DNA of 64,000 bases, taken from IMG/VR virus record IMGVR_UViG_3300030202_002773, positions 1 through 64,000 of that record; one strand, written 5' to 3'. Shown piece by piece: positions 18,710 to 29,500 of this stretch. The notes below the pieces were generated by a model that was not told where the DNA came from, searched no databases, and worked only from the letters and a program-made list of their open reading frames with translations. The DNA comes from a virus. A program made the translations under genes and the position numbers. Positions within the stretch are counted from its first letter, which is position 1. Each line of letters starts with the position of its first letter.

Positions 18710-21700
18710 TGGCACATAAAAGATTTTTAAAAGGACTATTCAAAGATACTGCGCATATTGACCAACCAGAAGGAACTTGGAGATATGCTAGAAATGCTAT
18801 TGCTAATGATAAGAAAGGATCTATTTCTAATGAAGGAGGTAATGAAATACAAGGATCACTTCCTAATTCTGAATCTGTAGTTATAGGTATTATAGAAATT
18901 ACTAATGATAAAGCAATTATATTTTATATAGATAAATTTTCACATTCACGAATAGGTAAATGGGAATCAGGAGTTTTTCAAAACGTGTATGTTCCTAATA
19001 TTACATTACATGGGGATAAGGTTGATTTAAAATTTAATGTAAATTTTCCTATTGAAGGAACTTTTAATATTAATCCTGAAGGAGATTTAATTGTATATTG
19101 GACTGACGATTTAAATCCTCCACGAGCTTTAAATGTTACTGAACAGTTAAGTGGAAATAATACTTTTATATATGGAATAAATCCTACTACTTCTCATGAT
19201 AATCATATAGATTTATTAAATTTATTTCCAAACTCAGGTCCAGTTCCACATATAACTTTAGGAGAAATATCTATAGGCCCATCTACCTATCAGACTGCAG
19301 TAAAAGAAGGAGGAGGTTTATTAACAGGAGTATATTATTTATCTTTAGCTTATGTTGATGATTCTTATACTGCTACTAATTTTTTAACAATGTCTAATCC
19401 TATATCTATTGTAGATGAAGGAGATCATACTAGACCTACTACAAAAAAAGATGGATCTAAAGAAAGTAGTCAAACTTCTAAAGCTATTACTTGGCAAGTT
19501 GATAATATAAATAAAGATTATAAATTTATAAGACCTGTAATTATTAGAAAAATGGCAGATGCTGTTGATGCTTATAGATTAAATGACATAGAAATTACAC
19601 CTGCATCTCAATTAGATGTAGTATTTAGTGGTATAGAAGGATTTACTGCAACATCTTTAGAAGATGTTATTATTGATACAGTATCTTATGAAACAGCTAA
19701 AACAATTAATCAATTAGATGGTATATTATATGTAGGAAATACAACTAGTGTAGAAGATTTAGGATATCAAAAATATGCTAATAATATAAAATTAAATGCT
19801 GTTACAAAAACATTTGAAAATTTTGATGAAAATGTATTATCAGTTGATAATTTAGAAACAGGTTTTAATTCATTTCCTGTTGATCAGATGGGTCCTCCTG
19901 GAGCTCTTGTAGATGTAGATGTTGATCATAGTAAATCTTATAGATATATTCCTAATATATTTAAATATAAAGGATATATGAGAGATGAAGTATATGCTTT
20001 TTATATTGCATTTATTCTTAATGACGGTAGTATGTCTTATGCTTATCATATACCTGGGAGAACATCGGCTGGAACAGAAAATAATCCTTTAGAAAATGAA
20101 GGATGGTTTAAAAAGTTTGAAAAATTAAGCCCTTCAATTATAAAACAATTCCATCTTCATGATTTTAGTAATATTGCTCAAGGTTCTAATTTAATCCCAG
20201 GAACAACAGATGCTAGAAATATGAACTATTGGCAGAATGCTACAGAACTTTATCCTGAAACAAGTAATTTTGAAATATGGGATGGGGCTTCTGGATATAC
20301 TGGTTTTGATTTAAAAGGTAGAAATGTTAGACACCATCATTTTCCTTCAAATGGAAATCCAACACATAAAACTATTCATGATAATACATCAGAAGTTACG
20401 CATTCTCAAGGTGTTTTGTATGATGTAATAAACTGGGAGTCAGATGATGGGAGTAGTGGTACTAAAGATTTTAGAGTAGAATATGTCGATCCAAATTCAG
20501 GTTCTAGTGGTACTCATAATTTACCCTGTGATGTTTGGAAAATAGCTAGATTTGGTCCAGGACAAGTTGGTACAGATATTGTTGCTACTACCCCTACAGC
20601 TCCTTCACAACCAGGTATGTATACGGCATTATGGAAAAATCAAAAATATTTTGTAGCAGATCAACCAATGCAAGTTAGAGTTAAATGGGCGATTACAATA
20701 GAGAGATCCAGTAGCTCTGATAATAAAGACCACTTTGGAGAAGCACAGCTATTAAAAGAAGAAGTTGGAGGACAACTGACAACTATTCAATCTGATACAT
20801 GGGCATTAGATGTGAATGGTCTTACTACTACAATAGCTCAACCGGGGGTTTTTTGTGCTGTTCAACATTTAGATACTGGAGATAAATTATATTTAAGAGT
20901 AAGGCAAACAACTGATGAACCAAATGGTGGGTCTGGAAGTAGTGAATGTGGATATTGGGTTAGGCAAATGGGAGGTCAAATAATGGGTGGTAATAGTATT
21001 AGGTTTGAAGTATTATGTGAACAAGGAAATTATCTAGATACTGATTTACATGATGTTAAATTATCTCATACTGTAAAAGCGTTAGGATTTGAATTAGAAG
21101 ATCTTAAAATACCTAGGTCAATAGCTAATAAAGTACAAGGATTTAGAATATATAGAGCTAAAAGAAAACATGAAGATAAAAGAATATTAGGACAAAGTGT
21201 TTTAACTCCTATGTTACCAGATACTACAGTCTTAGGGCAGTGTGCAGAAACTGCTGGAAATATGGACGCTTCTCAAATAATGTCTTCAGCTCTTAGTTTA
21301 AGAGAAATGATTCTTACTAAAGATCCTTGGGCACAAGGATATACGCTCTATCCTGAATATCCAATTATGTATAGATATAATTCTACTTTTGGGTGGTTAG
21401 CAAATTTAGTAGATCAAAAAGGATATAAGTATTTTTCTTTTCATGATTTTAATTTACTTCATACACAAAATACTATAGCGGGAGCAACACATATAAAGCC
21501 AGAATATTACATAAGAAATTTTGTATGGAATGCACCTACTTTAAATCAGCCTAGAAAAATGGTTTCTAAAATTGTTGAGGATGATGGAAATGATGCGTAT
21601 AGTGAACCTATAAAAAGGATAGAACAATTTTGGGGGTGGGATACAGATTTTAATTGCTATAGTAAAGAAATAAAAGGTGCTATTTTTGCAGGATGTTCTT

Positions 21701-24117
21701 ATACAGCTGTAAATTCTTTAGCTGCTTTTGATGAAAATACTAATGATATAAGACATCACTATGCAGCTCCTAGACTTATTGGGCAAAAATCAAAATCATA
21801 CCTTCCGGGAGATAGTATATTTCAAGCTTCATCTTTAGGATTTGGAGGTAAAATAGCTAATGAACTTGGAGAAAGTTGCTTAGTGTTAGGATTGTCAGAT
21901 AATCATGAATTTTATACATCAGGTTTAATTTCAAATCGAGGAGGAACATCAGTTAATAGTGGACTATCTACTAATATTTTATCAAATTACGGACAATATC
22001 ATGCTAATAGTCCTTCTATATTAATAAATCCTAATTTACTAAATAGCGATCCTTATGTTAATTATCTTTTTAATGATGTTGAAGAAGTAAATAATAGAAG
22101 AAGTCAAGTTTTAATGGCTAATTTACATGCATTTAAAACTGATATGTATAAGTCTATAGATAATCAAGAATTAGTATGGACAGGATTTGAGGTGTTAGGA
22201 GATGATTTAGATAACTTTATATTTGAAGAAGTTCTTGGTAGAGAGCCGGGTGGAAATGCAGATTTTAAAACTAGTAGTATTAATAGTGAAGGAATATTTG
22301 GAGGAGATATATATATATGTAGATATGGATTTAGATCTACTTTAAATAATAATAGTATAGATAAAGAGTCTACCCCATTAAGATCAATTCATTATCAAAT
22401 AGTAGAGAGTGTAGATAATATTAATTTTAGACATTCAGAAAACGATGACAGTTTATACTTTCCAGGATCTATAGCAAAAAGAGTTTTAGGTACAGACGGA
22501 GGTATAGATTTTACACATCAAGATAATTTAAAATATGATGAAAGTTTTTCAGCGGTAAATGATTTAAGACCTGCTTTTCCATTACCTTTAAAAGAAATTG
22601 AACAAACTGAATTTCCTACAAGAGCACATAGAAGTGTTAAAAGAGATACAACTAGTTTAACAGATAACTATAGAATATTCTTAGCAAATGAATTTAAAGA
22701 TATACCTAAAAATAGAGGAGATCTTTGGAAGTTATCTACTTTTAATAACTTATTATATTTTCATATGGAAGAAAGTTTATACGTTACAAAAGGTAAACAG
22801 CAAATGCAAATGAAAGATGGGACTGAAGCATTTGTAGGAAGTGGAGATATATTCCAACAAGAACCTGATGAAATAATGCAGGCAGATAAAGGTTATGGAG
22901 GAACACAATCTCAATGGGCAGCATTAACTACTAATTATGGATACTTCTTTGTAGATGTTAATTCTAGAAAAGTATTCTTAATGAAAGATAAATTAAACGA
23001 GATTAGTACTGCGGGATTAGAAAATTGGTTTAAAGATAATTTACCTTTTAGGTTAGAAGCATTTTCTTATAATTCTCCATGTATATCTAAAGTATTTGAT
23101 AATCCTCTAATAGGTCTTGGACTTACTGCAGTATATGATCCTAAATTTAAAAGAATTATATTAACTAAAAAAGATCTTGAACCTACAGCAGCTTTTATAA
23201 GAGGTTATAATTTATATTTAACAATGACAAGTGGAAGTGGGGTATTTGAATATGATGAAGGAATGATATTTTTTGATTGCGAAAAAGGTCAATATGTAAG
23301 AGTAACTGTTAATGAAAATCCTGGAGGGCCTACTACATTTAGTTTTTTTGTAATAGACTGGGACAATTACGCATATTTTACAGCTAAAGATTGGACAATA
23401 TCTTATTATCCAGAATTTAATATTTGGAGTTCATTTCATGATTATACACCATATATATATTTTAATACTTCAGAAACGTTTTATTCTATAAATAAAGGAT
23501 ATTCAGGTATATGGGAACACAATTCAGATACTAGAGGCTCTTTTTATGGTTCAACATTTCCATTTGAAATAGAGTATATCCATAATGAAACTAGAGAAGA
23601 AGATGCGTTACTAGCAAGTTTTAACTATACTTTAGAAACTTTCAATCCTCAAAATATAAGTGTATTAGAACATGGATTTACTTCTTTCTTTGTGTATAAT
23701 ACTTTACAAATATCTGCAGATAGCATAGGGCCTAAAGGAGCTGTAATTCCAACACCTCTTGAATATTTAGTTAATGTAAGACGAGTAGGTAATAATTGGA
23801 AAATAAATAACTTTAGAGATATGGCAGACATAGCTTTAAATAATACAGCAGGTGGATATTATATGTCTACAAATACTAACATAATAGGTGGAATTAATAC
23901 AGGAACTATAACAACTTCTTCTATAGACAATATGTTTATTGTTGATGGAATGAGTGAGATTATAAATCCAGATTATATAAATATAACTAAAGAATGGCAA
24001 GATAGAAGGAAATTTATAGATAAATGGGCAGGAATTCGTCTAATTTATAACAACATAAGCAATAATTTACTAAATTTGTACTCTGCACAAACAGCAGTAC
24101 GTAAAACATATAAATAA
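18709..24117 (+). CDS. tail stabilization/muzzle protein (P22 gp10-like)
   Basis: 1802 aa; KGL.KD....DQPEG.W.YARN, YWTDDLNPPR, YMRDEVYAF, FGGDIYICR, GYGGTQSQW, WTISY..W.SFH.Y.P are Crassvirales muzzle motifs. Confidence 0.85.
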   Translation: MAHKRFLKGLFKDTAHIDQPEGTWRYARNAIANDKKGSISNEGGNEIQGSLPNSESVVIGIIEITNDKAIIFYIDKFSHSRIGKWESGVFQNVYVPNITLHGDKVDLKFNVNFPIEGTFNINPEGDLIVYWTDDLNPPRALNVTEQLSGNNTFIYGINPTTSHDNHIDLLNLFPNSGPVPHITLGEISIGPSTYQTAVKEGGGLLTGVYYLSLAYVDDSYTATNFLTMSNPISIVDEGDHTRPTTKKDGSKESSQTSKAITWQVDNINKDYKFIRPVIIRKMADAVDAYRLNDIEITPASQLDVVFSGIEGFTATSLEDVIIDTVSYETAKTINQLDGILYVGNTTSVEDLGYQKYANNIKLNAVTKTFENFDENVLSVDNLETGFNSFPVDQMGPPGALVDVDVDHSKSYRYIPNIFKYKGYMRDEVYAFYIAFILNDGSMSYAYHIPGRTSAGTENNPLENEGWFKKFEKLSPSIIKQFHLHDFSNIAQGSNLIPGTTDARNMNYWQNATELYPETSNFEIWDGASGYTGFDLKGRNVRHHHFPSNGNPTHKTIHDNTSEVTHSQGVLYDVINWESDDGSSGTKDFRVEYVDPNSGSSGTHNLPCDVWKIARFGPGQVGTDIVATTPTAPSQPGMYTALWKNQKYFVADQPMQVRVKWAITIERSSSSDNKDHFGEAQLLKEEVGGQLTTIQSDTWALDVNGLTTTIAQPGVFCAVQHLDTGDKLYLRVRQTTDEPNGGSGSSECGYWVRQMGGQIMGGNSIRFEVLCEQGNYLDTDLHDVKLSHTVKALGFELEDLKIPRSIANKVQGFRIYRAKRKHEDKRILGQSVLTPMLPDTTVLGQCAETAGNMDASQIMSSALSLREMILTKDPWAQGYTLYPEYPIMYRYNSTFGWLANLVDQKGYKYFSFHDFNLLHTQNTIAGATHIKPEYYIRNFVWNAPTLNQPRKMVSKIVEDDGNDAYSEPIKRIEQFWGWDTDFNCYSKEIKGAIFAGCSYTAVNSLAAFDENTNDIRHHYAAPRLIGQKSKSYLPGDSIFQASSLGFGGKIANELGESCLVLGLSDNHEFYTSGLISNRGGTSVNSGLSTNILSNYGQYHANSPSILINPNLLNSDPYVNYLFNDVEEVNNRRSQVLMANLHAFKTDMYKSIDNQELVWTGFEVLGDDLDNFIFEEVLGREPGGNADFKTSSINSEGIFGGDIYICRYGFRSTLNNNSIDKESTPLRSIHYQIVESVDNINFRHSENDDSLYFPGSIAKRVLGTDGGIDFTHQDNLKYDESFSAVNDLRPAFPLPLKEIEQTEFPTRAHRSVKRDTTSLTDNYRIFLANEFKDIPKNRGDLWKLSTFNNLLYFHMEESLYVTKGKQQMQMKDGTEAFVGSGDIFQQEPDEIMQADKGYGGTQSQWAALTTNYGYFFVDVNSRKVFLMKDKLNEISTAGLENWFKDNLPFRLEAFSYNSPCISKVFDNPLIGLGLTAVYDPKFKRIILTKKDLEPTAAFIRGYNLYLTMTSGSGVFEYDEGMIFFDCEKGQYVRVTVNENPGGPTTFSFFVIDWDNYAYFTAKDWTISYYPEFNIWSSFHDYTPYIYFNTSETFYSINKGYSGIWEHNSDTRGSFYGSTFPFEIEYIHNETREEDALLASFNYTLETFNPQNISVLEHGFTSFFVYNTLQISADSIGPKGAVIPTPLEYLVNVRRVGNNWKINNFRDMADIALNNTAGGYYMSTNTNIIGGINTGTITTSSIDNMFIVDGMSEIINPDYINITKEWQDRRKFIDKWAGIRLIYNNISNNLLNLYSAQTAVRKTYK

Positions 24118-24118
24118 A

Positions 24119-26503
24119 ATGAACAAAAATATATATCAAACAGCCGGTCAAAAAGACGATGATTTCAGTAACCTAATAAACGTTACAAACGGAATACCAA
24201 AAAATTATAAACAAGTTGGTGGAAAATTAATGAATATTAATAAAACAGGAACCGGAGAAAATAAAGTTTCAATAGGAGTATATCACGTAGTGAATGGAAA
24301 AAAAGTATTAGGATTCCCTCCTGTAAAAGGAACTGTTCCTAGAAAAGGAATGGGAGGAGCTAAATTATATAGGCAAGGAGGACTTAAATATTATCAAGAA
24401 GCTGGTATTAAAGAGGACACAAGGCCAATTGCAACTAGAAATATTAATACAGATTTTTTTGATCCTAATTTTAATCTTGGTGCTAGACCTTTTGGAGCAT
24501 CAGGACTAAATGTTAATTTTAATCCAAGACTTGCTATAGGTCCAGATAATAAATTTGCAAGTTTTTATTCTAAAGGTAGTGGATATAATACTGTACCTGG
24601 AGGAGATCAAGCTAGATTAACTATTGGTCCAAATCTTAGTAGCAGTATGCTTTATAAAAATTACAGTAATACATATCCTCACAAAAGTGTAGTTGAAGGA
24701 AGAAATACTCTTGGAGGAAGAATGAGTTTTAACGCTCCTATAGGAAATAGAGGTTTTATTGGTGGGATAAATGCAGAAGCTGGAACAGTATTAAGTGGTA
24801 GAAATGAAATTGATGATCAATCACAATCTCCATATCAAGGTCATGTAGTAAATCCTATTACAGGTAATGACAAAACTTATACACAAGTTGGAGCTGGATT
24901 AGGATATTATCCTAAAAATAAATATTTTGGAGGAAAGTTAAATATTGGATATGGTAGTGAAGGGTCTGTAACACCTGGACTTAATTATGGAGCAACTGCA
25001 AATTGGGGTCCAGCTACATTTAATATAAATAAAGGTAGACATGGAATAGGAGGAGGATTTGGAGTTAGTTTACCTATAGGTGGACCTTCTCGTAGAGGTA
25101 ATCAAAATCCTTTAGAAAGACAAACAGGTGGAATGTATGGTTCAAATACACTGTCAGCCGCAGGTCAGGGTGGGTCACCTCAAATAGGAACTACATCTAC
25201 AATTGTAGGACGAGAAACAGATCCAGCTTTACAGGAAGCTAGAATGCAAGGATTATTAGCATCTACTGAAGGATTAAATACACAATCACAAGGTCTTATA
25301 GATCAAACAAGACAACAAGAATCTCAAGATAAAATGATGGCTGAACGAGCAGGAATGTCAGAATTACAAAATTTTCAAAGTGCTAGTAATGCAGGTATTG
25401 GTGCAGTTAGTAGAGGTGCTCAAATGATTGGAAATCAAGTAGATCCTGGACAAAATCCAAATACTTGGGCAGGAGCATATCAAGCTGGAAAAACTGCTTA
25501 TGATTTATCACAGGCAGCTAATTTAGCAGGTCAAGGAACTCAAATGATTGACGGTATGAATGTTATTACTGATGCAGCTAAAGCGGGTCAGGCAGCACAA
25601 TTAGCAACAGATGCAGGAGGATTTATAGGTTCAAGTGCAGATGCAGCAAATACCGGTACAATAGTATTAGATGCAGCAGGAAATACAGTTAACGCAGGTA
25701 GTACTGCTGGAAATGTAGCATCTGCTGTTGGGTCAGCTATGCCTTGGGGTACGATAGCAAGTTATGCAGGAAAAGGACTATCAAATCTAGCAGATGATGA
25801 TGATCCTACAAAATCTAATGTTGGAGAATATGCTGGAAAAATGGTAGAAAGAGCAGGACAAGGAGCTACAGTTGGGTCATTTTTTCCTGGTCCTGGTACA
25901 GCAATTGGTGCAGGTATAGGAGCAATAGTTGGAGGAGTTGAACAAGCAGTAGGAACAAAGAAAGCAAGAAGAGCAGAATCTGAGTATGAAGCAGAAGCAA
26001 CAGCAAATAGAAATAAAGGAATATATGATCTTAATAAAAGAGTAGGTAGTTTATATGGATCACATTTGTCTAATATAGCGGCAGGTAATTTAGCACAAAA
26101 AACAATATCTGGTCAAAATCTTGGTAGAAATGTAATGTATCAACAAGGAGGTAAAAGAGCTCCTAAAAGCTTAGATCGTATGATGGATACAGCACAAAAT
26201 TTTAGTGGAAGTAGAAACTTATCAGATAAAATGGATGTACCATTTTCTGTAGCAGGTCAAAGATTTCCATCTATACCTTCTGAAGAATATTCACAATTGA
26301 TGCAGAACAGAATTACTTCTGGAGATATAAGTGATTATGGAGTTTTAAGATCAGATCATCCTGTTGCTATACAACAACAAGAAAATCAAGTAAGAAATAA
26401 AATGAACATGATTAGAGATTACCAAAAATCACAGTTAACTTATAAACATGGAGGCAGAAAAGGAATGATGATGGGAATGCCAAGATATGGTTATAACTAT
26501 TAA
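24119..26503 (+). CDS. ejected cargo protein (pilot-like) with Gly-zipper segment and beta-barrel-like N-terminal region
   Basis: GATVGSFFPGPGTAIGAGIGAIVGGV Gly-zipper; Gln/Ala-rich helices; no Cys seen; directly after the muzzle gene. Confidence 0.65.
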   Translation: MNKNIYQTAGQKDDDFSNLINVTNGIPKNYKQVGGKLMNINKTGTGENKVSIGVYHVVNGKKVLGFPPVKGTVPRKGMGGAKLYRQGGLKYYQEAGIKEDTRPIATRNINTDFFDPNFNLGARPFGASGLNVNFNPRLAIGPDNKFASFYSKGSGYNTVPGGDQARLTIGPNLSSSMLYKNYSNTYPHKSVVEGRNTLGGRMSFNAPIGNRGFIGGINAEAGTVLSGRNEIDDQSQSPYQGHVVNPITGNDKTYTQVGAGLGYYPKNKYFGGKLNIGYGSEGSVTPGLNYGATANWGPATFNINKGRHGIGGGFGVSLPIGGPSRRGNQNPLERQTGGMYGSNTLSAAGQGGSPQIGTTSTIVGRETDPALQEARMQGLLASTEGLNTQSQGLIDQTRQQESQDKMMAERAGMSELQNFQSASNAGIGAVSRGAQMIGNQVDPGQNPNTWAGAYQAGKTAYDLSQAANLAGQGTQMIDGMNVITDAAKAGQAAQLATDAGGFIGSSADAANTGTIVLDAAGNTVNAGSTAGNVASAVGSAMPWGTIASYAGKGLSNLADDDDPTKSNVGEYAGKMVERAGQGATVGSFFPGPGTAIGAGIGAIVGGVEQAVGTKKARRAESEYEAEATANRNKGIYDLNKRVGSLYGSHLSNIAAGNLAQKTISGQNLGRNVMYQQGGKRAPKSLDRMMDTAQNFSGSRNLSDKMDVPFSVAGQRFPSIPSEEYSQLMQNRITSGDISDYGVLRSDHPVAIQQQENQVRNKMNMIRDYQKSQLTYKHGGRKGMMMGMPRYGYNY

Positions 26504-26514
26504 AAATAAAAATT

Positions 26515-29500
26515 ATGTATAAAAAATATCAAAAAGCAGGACCTAATGACCCTTCAACTAGTACGCCAACTAATTTAGCACCTGATCCTACAATAGGTAA
26601 TCAAATGGGTGTTGGGATGGAAGTAGAATGTGATACATCAACAGGTGCGGGATGTTCAGATAGACTAGGTCGTATGTTTAGATTAGGACTTAAAGGTAGC
26701 TTATATGGCCAAAAAGGAGCATATGGACAACCAACAAATCTTGGACCAGGGTGGGATCCTGCTAGTGGACAACAGGTAAATAATAGAATAGGTACAAATT
26801 ACGACTATGACATCACCGGTAATTTAGGTGCTTATCTTAGAACAGATTTACAGCCATTACTTTTTCCTAATGATGCAACTAAATTACGTGGTAAAAATTG
26901 GGAGCCATGGCACTTAGATCTAGGATACAATAGAAAACAAAACTTAACAGGAACTAACATGGGAACAGGTAGTAATAATATTACTGCTAAACTAGCTAAG
27001 ACTAGAGATCAAAAATATGGATCACCAGGATATGGAGGACTTTTTGGTAATAAAGGTGGTTCTAGTAAATCTGGATATTCATATGGTCTTCAAGGTAATT
27101 ATAATTACGATACAAAACAATTGGATAATATAGGAGTATTTGGACGAACAGGAATGATGGGTCCATTAGGGTTTAGTGGATATGCAGGATTTAATCCTCA
27201 AACAGGCAAACCAAATTTTGGAGCTGGTATGAGTGTAAAATTTAAAAAGGGAGGATTTAGAAAATATCAAAATGGAGGCCAAAATAAAATAAGTGAAAAA
27301 CAGTATTTTGCTAATTATTTAAAAGAGGCAGAAGCTACTGACGCTGTAATGAAAACAACACCATCATTAGTTTTAAGACCTGATGGTAAAACTTATTATA
27401 ACGCATTAGAAAATGGTATATATTATCCATATAATGATTTAAGAGGTAATGCAACTATTGGTTATGGTAGACATAATGCAACTATTTTAGCTGATTACCC
27501 AGATGGTATTTCAGCAGATAAAGCGAATGAATTTTTATTAGAAGATATAGATAATAATTTTAACTTAGCTAAAAGACAATTTAATAATGAATATGGAGCA
27601 GGTCAATGGGATAATTTAAGTGAAAGAGAACAGTATATGGTAACTAATCATACTTATAATCCTGGCTCTATATATAAAAAATTTAGTGGTGCTTTACTTA
27701 ATAAAGATGCTAAAACAGCTGGAGAAGAATATAAGATATACACATATACAAATAAAGGAAAAGAAAATGAAACAAAACAAGAACTTGGAAGAAATAAACT
27801 ATTCTATGATGCGTATATAAAAGATTATGTAAATAGTATAAATAATGCTGAAACACAAGCTCCTCCAGTGCCACAAGATACTGAAGGAAAACTTTATATA
27901 TCTGGAAATTTTTATAATTCTCTTGAAGATTATCAAAAAGTAGTTAGAGAATTACAAGATAATCCAAATTACCAAAACGTAGTAGATCAACAAACAGGAG
28001 GAATAAAAAAACAAATGGGAGGATCTACGATGAGTAATCCTAGCATGTATGCAAGGATGCAACAATTACCTGGAGGAGTTATGCAGCAAATACCAGGATC
28101 AGATGCAGTAGAGTTTATAGGACAAACTCATGATCAAGGAGGTATTTTAATGGATGCACAAACAGAGGTTGAAGATGGAGAAACAATGGACAAAGTAATT
28201 ATGAAAAAAGGAGGGGAAAAAGATTATTTCTTTTCTTCGTATTTAAAAGAAGGTGGTCAGTCTTATGCTGATATGCATAAAGAAATACTTTCAAGAGGAG
28301 GAAATCAAGAAGAGATTAATTACTTAGCTTCTATGCAAGAAAAAGCTGCTAAAAGAAATCCTAATAAAATAGCTAAATTAGGAGGAGTAATGATGTATGC
28401 AGAAGGAGGTGCAAAAGATGATATATCTAAAAAAGAAAAGAAAGAATTTCAAAAAGAAAAATATAAATATTATAATGGACCTCTTTCTTTTAGAAAATGG
28501 AATAAACAAAATCCATTTAATATAGAAGAATATATGGAATATATGAATCCTGTAGAAGAAATAACAGAAGAAGCGCCTGTAGAAACTATAGGACTTAGAC
28601 AAGATCTTCCAGGAGCATATGGATATAGAGCAGATGCTGGAGATGGATATACTATTTGTCAATCTGGTAACTGTCAAGATGGAACAGGAGTTATGTATAC
28701 ATATTATAAAGAGAATCCAGATGAATTGGGTGGAGGAACAGATGGAACAGTAATTGGTATGTATGAAGGAGAATTTAAAGATGGTAAGCCTGTAGGTCAA
28801 GGAAAATTTACATGGAATGATATAGATCAATCTTTAGAAGATGGAGTGCCATTTGTAGCATGGCAGTATTCTAGCGAAGGGCAGTTTGCAGTAGATAATA
28901 CAGGACATCCTGAATTACAAAATGGAGTTAAAGATTGGGGAGATCTTGGCGTGTCGTCAGGAATATTTACTGATGGTAAATTAACTTCTGGAATGTTAGT
29001 TAAAGGCGGTGAAACTACTAATTATGAAGATGGAGAAACAACTAAGAAATTTTCAAAAGAATTAAAAACTAATTTAACAGATTTAGGAATATTAGAAAAA
29101 GTTCCTTTTAAATATTCACAAGGAGATATTGGTACTGAATACAAAGAAATGAAAAATGCTAAGGGTTATACGCAGCCTACAAAAGACGAATTAAATGCGT
29201 TTGGGTATAATAGTTTTGATGAGTTTAGAGCAGATTATGAAAGACTAGTAGATGATTCTTATGATTGGAAAAATATTACACACTGGGGTAAACAACATGA
29301 AGATGCTTTAGGAGAAATACAAAATGCAATAGAAAATAATTCATTTACTACAACAGGTACATTTATTCCAAAAGTTAAAAAGGACCTAAAACTTGATGAA
29401 AGTAAAACAATTATAGGAGATTATATAAATACTGATGGTACAATTAGACCAAAATGCCCTTGTGAACCTATGTTATTTGCAGATCAACCAGAATGTGATT

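Noticed and set aside
24045-24080. TAAATTTG (TAnnTTTG) near the end of the muzzle gene as a promoter for the cargo genes
   Set aside because: Plausible position, but no convincing -33 element and the 8-mer is common in AT-rich DNA.
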